Part shown: positions 29,290 to 38,241 of the stretch, piece after piece
Layout of the letters: each line of letters starts with the position of its first letter
Position numbering within the stretch: the stretch's first letter is position 1
Origin: an uncultured Hyphomicrobiales bacterium
GTDB taxonomy: Bacteria; Pseudomonadota; Alphaproteobacteria; Reyranellales; JAQSWP01
Direction: 5' to 3'
Assembly: GCA_964458605.1 (NCBI GenBank)
Contig: CAYWLS010000005.1
Coordinates: forward strand, 81,244 to 145,243
DNA: 64,000 nt
Made by a program: the position numbers and the translations under genes
The notes under the pieces: model-generated
Seen by the model: the letters and a program-made list of their open reading frames with translations, nothing else
The model's database searches: none
What the model was told of the DNA's origin: nothing

Positions 29290-30522
29290 CTATTCCGCCG
29301 GCGCCGGCCGCACCGCGGCCCGCAACTGCCGCTCCGACGGCAGAAAGCTGGCGCAGAGCGCCGCGACGGCGGCAATCCCCGCCAGCACGAACAGCAAGCT
29401 GGTGAAACCCGACGCCTTGACGAACGGGCCGAGCAGCCACACCGCGGCCGAGCTGAAGCCGAAGGAGATGGTAAAGCGCATGCCCGAGACGCGCGAGCGC
29501 AGCCGGTCGTCGACGAATTTCACGATCATGGCGTCGATGAACGGGATGGCGCCGAACACGAAGATCATGAAGGCCAGCAGCATGACGTAGAACGCCCAGC
29601 CCTGGGCCAGTGCGGCCAGCACGAAGAACGGGATCTGCAGCGCCAGGATCGACACGAACAAGGTGCGCAGCGACACCCGGTCGATCAGCTTGCCGACCAC
29701 GATCTGGGCGAACGACGCAATGGTGTAGACCACCGCCAGCAGAATGCCCAGCGAGGTCGGGTCGTCGACCAGATTGGCCAGGCGATCGCGGATCAGCTGG
29801 GTGTTGCCGTTGGTGGTGAAGTTGAACACCAGGTTGCCGCAGATCGCGGTGAAGGTCATGATCAGGAACAGCTTGGCCATCAGCGCATTGGGAATGTCGC
29901 TCTTTTTGGCGGCGCGCTTGGCCGGCGCCGCCAGTTCGCGCGGCGCCAGCACGGCAAAGGCGATGCCGGCCAGGATCGACAGGACGCCCGGCACCAGGAA
30001 GGCGGCGCGCCAGCCGAAGCGCACCACCAGGAAGCCGGTCAGCAGCGCGGCCACGGCGATGCCCAGATTGCCGGCCAGGCCGTTCAGCCCGATGGTGAAG
30101 CCCGGCCGCAGCGTGTTCTGCACCAGCAACGGAATGCCGACCGGGTGGTAGATCGAGGCGAACATGCCCATGAAGGTGAGCGCAGCCGCCATCTGCCACT
30201 TGTTCTGGCTCAGCGCCACCAGCATGCCGGCCAGGCCCAGCCCGATGAAGAACACGATCATCATCGGCCGCCGGCCCCACAGATCGCCGAGCCGGCCCGC
30301 GGGCAGCGAGCACAGGCCGAAGGCGGTGAAGGCGCCCACCGTGTAGGGCATCAGGTCTTCCCAGCTCGCCAGGCCGAAATCGCGCGCGATGGCCGCCACG
30401 GCGGTGGCGAAGACCAGCAGGAACAGGTGATCCAGCGCATGGCCGACATTGAGCAGCAGCGCGGTCGGGCTGAGATTGTTCAGCGGCTCGGTGCCGGAGG
30501 CATGGGTGGCGGTGACGGTCAT
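29290..30522 (-). CDS. MFS transporter
   Basis: 410 aa, about 12 TM helices, with an MFS-like GRLGDLWGRR loop. Confidence 0.88.
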   Translation of the reverse strand: MTVTATHASGTEPLNNLSPTALLLNVGHALDHLFLLVFATAVAAIARDFGLASWEDLMPYTVGAFTAFGLCSLPAGRLGDLWGRRPMMIVFFIGLGLAGMLVALSQNKWQMAAALTFMGMFASIYHPVGIPLLVQNTLRPGFTIGLNGLAGNLGIAVAALLTGFLVVRFGWRAAFLVPGVLSILAGIAFAVLAPRELAAPAKRAAKKSDIPNALMAKLFLIMTFTAICGNLVFNFTTNGNTQLIRDRLANLVDDPTSLGILLAVVYTIASFAQIVVGKLIDRVSLRTLFVSILALQIPFFVLAALAQGWAFYVMLLAFMIFVFGAIPFIDAMIVKFVDDRLRSRVSGMRFTISFGFSSAAVWLLGPFVKASGFTSLLFVLAGIAAVAALCASFLPSERQLRAAVRPAPAE

Positions 30523-30623
30523 GGCGCAATCCTCGAGCGAACGATTACCGCCGGCACTATAGGGGGAAGCGGCTTGTCCCGCCTTCGCGGATCGGCCTAG
30601 AATTGTTGCGAAACGGACAATCC

Positions 30624-31442
30624 ATGGCCAGCCGCCCGCCCCAGCCGCCTGCCGATCGCCCTGCCGCGCCGCGGTCGATCGATCCCCTGGACTACCAGCG
30701 GGTGCCGCGGCCGCTGGCCGCCATGGCCAAGGAGTTCAGCGACGGTTTTCGCATCCCGCAGCATGCCCATGAGCGGGCGCAGCTCATCTTCGCCATTCGC
30801 GGCGTGATGACGATCGGCACCGCCGCCTCGCGCTATGTGGTGCCGCCGCAGCGAGCGCTGTGGATGCCGTCGGGCATGGCGCATTCGATCCTGATGGCGG
30901 GCGACGTGTCGATGCGCACGCTCTATGTCGACGAGAAAGGCGCGCGCGGCCTGCCCGGCGATTGCCGCGTGCTGGCGGTGACGCCGCTGCTGCGCGAGCT
31001 GATCGTGCGCGCCACGGCGCTGCCGGTGCTGTACGACGAGCGCGGACCGGACGGGCGCATCATGCACACCATCCTGGACGAGATCGCCACCTTGCAGATC
31101 GTGCCGCTCGACCTGCCCATGCCGCAGGACCGCCGCCTGCTCAAGCTGTGCCGGGCGCTGGTGGCCGAGCCGGCCGATGCCCGCACCCTGGAGCAGTTCG
31201 CCCAGGCCGCCCATGCCAGCGCCCGTACCCTGGCGCGGCTGTTCCGCGCCGAGACCGGCATGAGCTTCGGCGCCTGGCGCCAGCAGCTGCGCCTGCTCGA
31301 GGCGGTGCGGCGCATGGCGGCCGGCGCCGCCGTGACCGAGGTGGCGCTCGATCTGGGCTATGCCAGCCCCTCGGCCTTCGCCGCGATGTTCAGGAAGAGC
31401 CTGGGCGTGCCGCCCAGCCGATATTTCGGCCAGGGCGGCTGA
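30624..31442 (+). CDS. AraC family transcriptional regulator (cupin N-domain)
   Basis: Cupin-like HAHERAQLIFAIRGVM and a C-terminal AraC double HTH (LDLGYASPSAFAAMFRK). Divergent from the MFS gene. Confidence 0.88.
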   Translation: MASRPPQPPADRPAAPRSIDPLDYQRVPRPLAAMAKEFSDGFRIPQHAHERAQLIFAIRGVMTIGTAASRYVVPPQRALWMPSGMAHSILMAGDVSMRTLYVDEKGARGLPGDCRVLAVTPLLRELIVRATALPVLYDERGPDGRIMHTILDEIATLQIVPLDLPMPQDRRLLKLCRALVAEPADARTLEQFAQAAHASARTLARLFRAETGMSFGAWRQQLRLLEAVRRMAAGAAVTEVALDLGYASPSAFAAMFRKSLGVPPSRYFGQGG

Positions 31443-31622
31443 GGCGGTTTGCACGGCGTCAAATGCCGCCACTGCCGATACCACCGTTCGCTGCACTGCC
31501 CCTGCACTTCGACGCTGCCGGTCGCCTTCGCGCGAGCATAAATTGCCAACAGCCCGGCCGGTCGCGTTGTCCGTCTGACCACCGCGCCGGTCGCCGGGAC
31601 CGGCCGCTTCGGCGGACCCGCC

Positions 31623-32471
31623 CTACAGCCGATCCTTGTCGCGCATGGCCAGCGACCGGCTCATCTGTTCGGCCGCCTTCTGCAGCCCGGGCAGGAATTT
31701 CTTCACCACCGCGTCCTTGCTGAGGCGCGCGCGGTTGAACGAGACGTTGAGGGCGGCGATGACATGGCCCTGGCCGTCCTTGACCGGCACCGACAGGCCG
31801 GAAATCTGCTCTTCCAGCTCGCCGTCGATCCAGGAATAGCCGCGCTCGCGGTCGGTGGCGACGATCTTGCGCAGCTTGTCGGGATCGGTGACGGTGGCCT
31901 TGGTGAAGGCGCGCAGGTTGACGGTCTTGAAATAGCGGTCGAGCTGTTCGGGCGACAGCCCGGCCAGCAGCACGCGGCCCATCGAGGTGGCATGCGCCGG
32001 CAGGCGCGAGCCGACCGACACGCCGATGCTGAGGATACGACGCACCGGGATGCGCAGGATGTAGACGATCTCGGTTTCGTCCAGCACCGACAGCGACACG
32101 GTCTCGTTCATCTCGCCCACCAGCCGCTCCAGCATCGGCTGGGCGAAGTTCCACAGCGGCATGGACGAGATGTAGGCGTAGCCCAGCGACATCACCTTGG
32201 GGGTCAGGAAATAGAGCCGGCCGGTATGGTCGGCATAGCCCAATTCCTCGAGCGTCAGCAGCAGGCGCCGCGCCCCGGCCCGCGTCAGCCCGGCGCGGGC
32301 CGCCACCTGGGTCAGGGTCAGCCGCTCGGCGCCTTCGCCGAAGGCGCGGATCACCCGCAGGCCGCGAGCGAAGCCGTTGACGAACTGGCGCGGCGAGCCG
32401 GCATCGGCATCTTCGCTGTTGTCGGCCATGGCGGCGCGGCGCGCGAGCGTGTCCAAACTGGTCCTGGGCAT
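31623..32471 (-). CDS. IclR family transcriptional regulator (PcaR-like)
   Basis: HTH LTLTQVAARAGLTRAGARRLLLTLEELGY plus an IclR effector domain. Start is uncertain (alternative ATG at 32429). Confidence 0.88.
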   Translation of the reverse strand: MPRTSLDTLARRAAMADNSEDADAGSPRQFVNGFARGLRVIRAFGEGAERLTLTQVAARAGLTRAGARRLLLTLEELGYADHTGRLYFLTPKVMSLGYAYISSMPLWNFAQPMLERLVGEMNETVSLSVLDETEIVYILRIPVRRILSIGVSVGSRLPAHATSMGRVLLAGLSPEQLDRYFKTVNLRAFTKATVTDPDKLRKIVATDRERGYSWIDGELEEQISGLSVPVKDGQGHVIAALNVSFNRARLSKDAVVKKFLPGLQKAAEQMSRSLAMRDKDRL

Positions 32472-32581
32472 GATGCTCGGTCTTTCCCTGGTCCGGCGAG
32501 CGCATCATGGGCAGCCGCGCGCGGCGGACTCGATTTATATGCAGGAGGCGTCCGGGCGGGTCAATCGCAGCTATGGGCCGC

Positions 32582-33210
32582 TCACGGACGCAGTTGCATC
32601 CATATGCTCTTGCCCTTGAAGTATTTTTCGAAGGCGGCGAAGCCGAAATTCTTGCCGAAGCCGGATTGCTTGCAGCCGCCGAATGGGCTGCCGACAGCGA
32701 GCGACCGGCCGTGGCTATTCACCCAGAGCATCCCGGCCGGGATGCGCCGCGGTCAGGGCTTGGTCGATATTCACAGTGTGCGCGGCGCCGGCCAGGCCGT
32801 AGGTCGAGCGACCGGCCTTGGCCAGGCCCTCCTTGACATCGTCGAAGGTCTGCACGCCAGCACCGAGCCGAACTCCTCCTCCGGCGATTTGCCGCGCGCC
32901 TCGATCACGGTGGGCTGGAAATAGGCGCCGCCGCTTCCGCCGTCCTCGCCCGGACCGCCGGCGGTCAGCGGCACGGTGTCGCCGGCGGCGCGGGTGCGCG
33001 CCACGATATCGGCGATGCGATCGGCCTGCTTGCGCGAGATGATCGGCGCCAGGGTGGTGCCGATGTTCCACAGGGAACCGGCGGTGGCGTTCTTCATGCG
33101 CGCGATCGCTTTGTCGACAAGTTCGTCGGCGATTTGCCGCTGCACCACCAGCCGCGAGCCGCAATGGCGGAGTTGGCCTGCGTTGCGGCCACGCACAAGC
33201 CCCGCCGGAA
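32582..33210 (-). pseudogene. aldehyde dehydrogenase, C-terminal half only, with at least 2 frameshifts
   Basis: ALDH-like segments lie in three frames: NAGQ..CGSRLVVQRQIADELV / FQPTVIEARGKSPEEEFGSVLA, then VQTFDDVKEGLAKAGRSTYGLAGA, then WVNSHGRSLAVGSPFGGCKQSGFGKNFG..*. The N-terminal half is absent. Confidence 0.8.
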
Positions 33211-33510
33211 GGGTGGTCCGGCGGGGCTGGCACGGAAGGCGGGGAAACGCCCAGCGCGCGTTGGCGTGAGCGTGGGCCATTTCGATCGTCGAGGGACCGC
33301 TTCCCGCGCCGATACGGTTTCGGTTTGCGGGATTGTTCCAGCTACGCCAGCCGGCCGCGCCGGTTCCGCCGCGATCCGGCCGTCATTCACTTATTTATGC
33401 CGCCGGACGCCCCCGCCGCGCGACGGGCAACGCGCCACGCGCCAGCGGGCGATACCGCGCCTCCGTATCCAGATACCTGATTTCGTTGACAATTTCGACC
33501 GTCTTCAAGC

Positions 33511-33534
33511 GAACCTTCGAAACTGCGGTCCGTT
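33511..33534 (+). promoter_or_regulatory. EcfG-type (general stress response sigma factor) promoter candidate
   Basis: cGAAC-N16-CGTT (GAAC 33511..33514, CGTT 33531..33534), about 30 nt upstream of the small ORF. The alphaproteobacterial consensus is GGAAC-N16/17-CGTT. Confidence 0.5.
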
Positions 33535-33568
33535 ATCTGGGTGTTCACCGTGAAATGAGGAGATGTCG

Positions 33569-33757
33569 ATGAACGACAAAAAGTCCTATAGCGCGCAGGG
33601 TAACCAGGGTAACCCGAGCGACCGGCCGAGCCAGCGCAACGATCAGGTCGGCAAGGATACCGACGGCGACGGCCGCGTGGTCCAGCCGGGTCACAAGCCG
33701 GGCGAGATCGACGGCGACAAGCAGCGCCAGAAACAGCAGCAGAACCAGAACCGCTAG
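33569..33757 (+). CDS. small hydrophilic Asp/Lys/Gln-rich protein, unknown function
   Basis: GAGGAG (33557..33562) lies 6 nt before ATG 33569; an alternative ATG is at 33563. A strong terminator follows. 62 aa with no hydrophobic segment. Confidence 0.65.
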   Translation: MNDKKSYSAQGNQGNPSDRPSQRNDQVGKDTDGDGRVVQPGHKPGEIDGDKQRQKQQQNQNR

Positions 33758-33816
33758 GCCGGTTCGCTTCGGCTCCCCGTCCGACGATCCCCAAGCGGTA
33801 TCGGAAAGACGGGCGG

Positions 33817-33850
33817 AAAGCCCACGGATCGCAGGATCCGTGGGCTTTTT
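33817..33850 (+). terminator. rho-independent terminator
   Basis: AAAGCCCACGGATC-gcag-GATCCGTGGGCTTT forms a perfect 14-bp stem, followed by a T run. Confidence 0.85.
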
Positions 33851-34012
33851 CATGGACCGGCCGCTGCCCAGTCAGGCAGCGGCGCCATTGCAGCCCCGGC
33901 ATTTCCGCCGGGACTGGCCGTCCAGCCGCCCCGCGCGCGAGGCCGGGCGGCGTGGCAGAATAAAAAGGCAAACGTCCGCGGCCCATTGCCCGGGCGCCCT
34001 CGCAACGAACGC

Positions 34013-34933
34013 ATGTTCACCGGCCGTCTGCGCGCCTTTCCGGGCACCGATCCCTGGCGCGAACAGTATTTCGAGGATCAGCCCGTGCCGCCGGGCGTGA
34101 CGGTGCCGATCGACGACGCGGCGGCCTGGCAGCTCTTTCCCCGCCACAACTGGATCTACAACAAGCTGCTGATCTGCCGGAGCCAGGGTCTGGCGCACGG
34201 CCCGCACGGCACCGAGCCGCCGGCCTATCCGGTGTTCTCCAAGCCGATCTACAACATGCGCGGCATGGGCACCGGCAGCCGGGTGCTGCACGACGAGGCC
34301 GAGTACCTGGCCAACCTGCAGCCGGGCTATCTGTGGATGCCGCTGTTCGAAGGCCGGCATGTCTCGACCGACGTGGCGCTGGAACGCGGCCGGCCGGTGT
34401 GGTGGCGCCATACCACCGGCAAGCCGGCGGGCGACGGCACGTTCGACTATTGGACCGTACACGCGACGGCCGAGCCGGCGCTGGAAACCTATCTGGCCGG
34501 CTGGATCGCCGACCACCTGCAGGAATTCTCCGGCATCGTCAATTTCGAGACCATTGGCGGGCATATCATCGAGTGCCATTTGCGCATGGCCGAGCAATGG
34601 ATCGACCTCAACGGGCCGGGCTGGCTGGCCGCCGTGGTCGGACTCTATGCCGACGGCGTGTGGCGCTTCGACGACAGCACGCGGCGCGAGGGCTATTCGG
34701 TGGTGTTGTTCGGCGCGCATGGCAAGCACTGGCATATCGACCGCCAAGCGGTGGCCCGGCTACTGCCCTGCCCGGGCGTGTCGTCGATCCAGATCACCTT
34801 CCTGGACGAGCTGGCGCCGGAGCATCACGCCATGCCCGAGGGCGGCTTCCGGCTGGCGATCGTCAATTGCTGGGACCTGGCCGCCGGCAAGGCGATGCGC
34901 GAGACCCTGCGCGGCCTGTTCCGCGCCGACTGA
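34013..34933 (+). CDS. ATP-grasp-like protein, unknown substrate
   Basis: VFSKPIYNMRGMGTG (Lys plus Gly-rich loop) and NFETIGGHIIECHLR (Mg-binding E.N-like motif) resemble the ATP-grasp fold. The assignment is tentative. Confidence 0.6.
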   Translation: MFTGRLRAFPGTDPWREQYFEDQPVPPGVTVPIDDAAAWQLFPRHNWIYNKLLICRSQGLAHGPHGTEPPAYPVFSKPIYNMRGMGTGSRVLHDEAEYLANLQPGYLWMPLFEGRHVSTDVALERGRPVWWRHTTGKPAGDGTFDYWTVHATAEPALETYLAGWIADHLQEFSGIVNFETIGGHIIECHLRMAEQWIDLNGPGWLAAVVGLYADGVWRFDDSTRREGYSVVLFGAHGKHWHIDRQAVARLLPCPGVSSIQITFLDELAPEHHAMPEGGFRLAIVNCWDLAAGKAMRETLRGLFRAD

Positions 34934-34957
34934 CGCCGGCGCGGCGGGGCGGCGTCC

Positions 34958-35899
34958 CTATTCCATTACCTGGCGCGGGAAATAGCAGCTCACCACCCAG
35001 TTGGGCACGTCGACGATCGAGCTGATCTTCAGGTCGGCGCAGACGCTGCACAGCATATAGGCCTCGACCGGCTTGAAGCCGTGCTTCTTGGCCAGCAGCT
35101 CGACCATGCCCGACAGCGCAGCGCGTGCGCCCTGCATCAGGTCGGGCCCGATGCCGGTGGTGACCTCGTAGCCCTTGGCGTCGATGTGGTCGTTGACCGA
35201 GCCCGCGGTGCGATAGGTCGGGAACTTCAGATTGGCGCGCTTCACCAGGTCGAATTTCAGCGCCACGCCGATCGGACTCTCGATCGCCGTGCCGCACACC
35301 TCGCCGTCGCCCTGGGCGGCGTGGGTGTCGCCGACCGAGAACAGCGCGCCCTTGACCTCGATCGGCAAATAGAGCTCGGTGCCTTCGCAGATGTCGCGCA
35401 CGTCCATGTTGCCGCCGACCCGGCGCGGCGGAATGATCGAGTGATGGCCCGGCTCGACCGGCGCCACGCCGATGGTGCCGGTGAACGGGCGGATCGGCAC
35501 CCGGCCGCCGGGACCGTACATCGCCGGCGTCCGGCCGTCGGTGGCGTATTTCCAGTGATGCAGCGCTGCGTCGGGGAACTGGTCGGCCAGCAGGCCGAAG
35601 CCCGGGATGTTGGCCGTCCAGCCCCAGCCCGTGGGCTTGAAGCCCAGCATGGTGACCTTCAGCGCATCGCCCGGCTCGGCGCCGTCGATATAGACCGGGC
35701 CGGTGACCGGGTTGACCCGGCCGAGATCGAGCTTGGTGACGTCGGCCGCGGTCGAATCCGGATTGAGCTGGCCGCCCGAGGCGTCGCGCGTCTCGAACTC
35801 GACGCTTTCTCCGGGCGCAATTGTCAGCACCGGCTTGAAGCTGTTGTCCCAGCCGTTATGGCCATGTTCCTTGTGGATGGTGTGCTTGTGGCCGACCAT
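34958..35899 (-). CDS. acetamidase/formamidase (FmdA/AmdA) family amidohydrolase
   Basis: ATG with GGGAGG RBS inside artefact ORF 34958..36508. Family-typical TGPVYIDGAEPGD, GGNMD and SVGDTHAAQGDGEVCGTAIE. Confidence 0.9.
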   Translation of the reverse strand: MVGHKHTIHKEHGHNGWDNSFKPVLTIAPGESVEFETRDASGGQLNPDSTAADVTKLDLGRVNPVTGPVYIDGAEPGDALKVTMLGFKPTGWGWTANIPGFGLLADQFPDAALHHWKYATDGRTPAMYGPGGRVPIRPFTGTIGVAPVEPGHHSIIPPRRVGGNMDVRDICEGTELYLPIEVKGALFSVGDTHAAQGDGEVCGTAIESPIGVALKFDLVKRANLKFPTYRTAGSVNDHIDAKGYEVTTGIGPDLMQGARAALSGMVELLAKKHGFKPVEAYMLCSVCADLKISSIVDVPNWVVSCYFPRQVME

Positions 35900-35964
35900 G
35901 ATCGCCTCCCTGGCTGCGTGATGGATGGCGCGGCGCGCCCCGGCGGCGCCGCCCCGTGATGTGG

Positions 35965-36726
35965 CTAGAACTGCACGCGCTTGGTCAGCGCGCCATCGAC
36001 CATCAGATTGGTGCCGGTGACGAAGCTGGCCGCCGGGCTGGCCAGGAACGCCACCGCGTTGGCGATCTCCTCCGGCCGGGCCATGCGGCCCATCGGGTTG
36101 GAGGCCAGCGCCGATTTGTAGAGATCGGGCATGCCCTGCTCGATCCTGTGCCACACGCCGTCCTTGAAATAGGTGTTGCCGGGCGACACCACGTTGGCGC
36201 GGATGCCCTTGGGCGCGAGCTGGCTGGACAGGCCAGAGGTGTAATGGATCAGCGCCGCCTTCATCGCGCCGTAGGGGCCGGCGGCGAAATCGATCTCGAC
36301 GCCGGAGACCGAGGAGATCACCACGATCGAGCCGGCCTTGGATTTCTCCAGGTAAGGCATGGCCGCCTCGATGGCGCGCACCGTGCCCATCATGTCGACG
36401 TTGAACTCGGCGGCCCAGGAGTCCTCGTCCTTGTTGATGGCCAGCGCGCTGACATTGCACACCACGATGTCGATGCCGCCCAGCGCCTTGGCCGAATCGG
36501 CCACCCATTGCTTGAGCGCGGCGCCGTCGGCGATATCGACCGCCGCGCCATAGGCCTTGACGCCCTTGGCCTGCAGCGCCTTGACCGTGGCCTCGACCTC
36601 GGCGGCGTTGCGCGCGCAGATCGCCACGTCGGCGCCCTCCATGGCCAGCCGCTCGGCGGCGGCGCGGCCGATGCCCTTGGTGCCGCCGGTGACGATCGCC
36701 TTCTTGCCTTTGAGCTCCAGATCCAT
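35965..36726 (-). CDS. short-chain dehydrogenase/reductase
   Basis: TGGTKGIG and YGAMK motifs. 253 aa. Confidence 0.9.
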   Translation of the reverse strand: MDLELKGKKAIVTGGTKGIGRAAAERLAMEGADVAICARNAAEVEATVKALQAKGVKAYGAAVDIADGAALKQWVADSAKALGGIDIVVCNVSALAINKDEDSWAAEFNVDMMGTVRAIEAAMPYLEKSKAGSIVVISSVSGVEIDFAAGPYGAMKAALIHYTSGLSSQLAPKGIRANVVSPGNTYFKDGVWHRIEQGMPDLYKSALASNPMGRMARPEEIANAVAFLASPAASFVTGTNLMVDGALTKRVQF

Positions 36727-36778
36727 GGCTGCCTCCCGGTTTGTCTCTTGATCGCCCGTGCCGGGCGAGGGAAAGGAA

Positions 36779-37495
36779 CTATCCCGCCATGCCGACGAAC
36801 TCGCCCACCATGTCGGGATTGGACAATTGCTCGGGCGTCACCTCGCGGGTGATGGCGCCCTTCTGGATCATCAGGATGCGCTGCGACAGCGCGGCGATGA
36901 AGTCGAGATTCTGCTCGACCAGGATCACGGTCAGGCCGCTCTTGGCCTTCAGCCGCTGCAGGGTCTCGACGATCTCGTCGATGATCGAGGGCTGGATGCC
37001 TTCGGTCGGCTCGTCCAGCAGCAGCAGCCGCGGCCGGCCGCACAGGCAGCGGGCAATGGCCAGGAGCTGCTGCTCGCCGCCCGACAGGGCCCCGCCCTGG
37101 CGGTCGAGCAGGCGCTTGAGCCGCGGGAACTCCTCCAGCACCGTCTCGATCAGCCGCGCATCGTCGCCCTTCTCCTTGGCGCAGCCCATGCGCAGGTTCT
37201 CCATGACGCTGAGCGCGGGGAAGATGTCGCGGCCCTGCGGCACGTAGCCCATGCCCAGCCGCGCGCGCCTGTAGGGCGCCAGGTGGGTGACGTCCTGGTC
37301 CTGGAAGCGCACCGTGCCGGCGGTGGCCGGCAGGAAGCCCATCAGGGTGCGCAGCAGGCTGGTCTTGCCCATGCCGTTGTGGCCCAGGATGCCGACGAAC
37401 TCGCCCTCGGCCACCGCAAGGGAGGCGCCGTGCAGCACCGGGATGCGGCCATAGGCGGCGCGGATATTGTCGACCGCCAGCATCGTGCCGCCCAT
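36779..37495 (-). CDS. ABC transporter ATP-binding protein (LivF/UrtE-like)
   Basis: Walker A GHNGMGKTS and signature LSGGEQQ. The start ATG overlaps the upstream stop (TGATG). Confidence 0.9.
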   Translation of the reverse strand: MGGTMLAVDNIRAAYGRIPVLHGASLAVAEGEFVGILGHNGMGKTSLLRTLMGFLPATAGTVRFQDQDVTHLAPYRRARLGMGYVPQGRDIFPALSVMENLRMGCAKEKGDDARLIETVLEEFPRLKRLLDRQGGALSGGEQQLLAIARCLCGRPRLLLLDEPTEGIQPSIIDEIVETLQRLKAKSGLTVILVEQNLDFIAALSQRILMIQKGAITREVTPEQLSNPDMVGEFVGMAG

Positions 37496-38241
37496 CACGC
37501 CACCCGCTTGCCGAGATAGACGTCGCGCACCCGGGGGTCGCGCAGGATGACGTCGACCTGGTCCTCGGCCAGCACGCGGCCCTGGTCCAGCACCGTGACC
37601 TTGGAGGCGATCATGCGGATGAACTGCATGTCGTGCTCGACCACGATCAGCGATCGCGTCCGGTTGATGTCGCGGATCAGCGCGGCGGTCTTGTGCACTT
37701 CCTCGTGCGTCATGCCGGCGGCCGGCTCGTCGAGCAGGATCAGTTCGGGCTCCGCCGCCAGCAGCACGCCCAGCTCGACCCATTGGCGCTGGCCATGCGC
37801 CAACTGGCCGACCAGCCGGTGCGCCACATGGGTAAGATCGGTGCGGGTCAGGATCTCGTCGACCATCCGCTCGGCGGCGCTGCGGCCGCGGGTGCGGCTG
37901 GCGCCGATCCAGACATTCTCCCGCACGGTCAGCCCGTCGAACACCGAGGGCACCTGGGTCTTGATGCCGATGCCCAGCCGCGCGATCTCATGGGTATTGG
38001 CGTGGGAGATCACCTTGCCGCGATAGAGCACCTGGCCCTCGCTGGGAACGAGCTGGCCGGTCAGCAGCTTGAAGAAGGTCGACTTGCCCGCGCCGTTGGG
38101 GCCGATCAGGCAGCGCAGCTCCCCTTCCATGAGCCGGAAGTTCACGCCGCTGACCGCCTGCACGCCGCCGAAGCGCATGCCCAGGTCGCGCGTTTCGAGC
38201 AGCACGTTGCCGTCGCCGGCCTGGGGCGAGGCCGCGCTCAT
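37495..38241 (-). CDS. ABC transporter ATP-binding protein (LivG/UrtD-like)
   Basis: Walker A GPNGAGKST and Walker B LILLDEP. ATGA overlap with the permease gene. Confidence 0.9.
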   Translation of the reverse strand: MSAASPQAGDGNVLLETRDLGMRFGGVQAVSGVNFRLMEGELRCLIGPNGAGKSTFFKLLTGQLVPSEGQVLYRGKVISHANTHEIARLGIGIKTQVPSVFDGLTVRENVWIGASRTRGRSAAERMVDEILTRTDLTHVAHRLVGQLAHGQRQWVELGVLLAAEPELILLDEPAAGMTHEEVHKTAALIRDINRTRSLIVVEHDMQFIRMIASKVTVLDQGRVLAEDQVDVILRDPRVRDVYLGKRVA

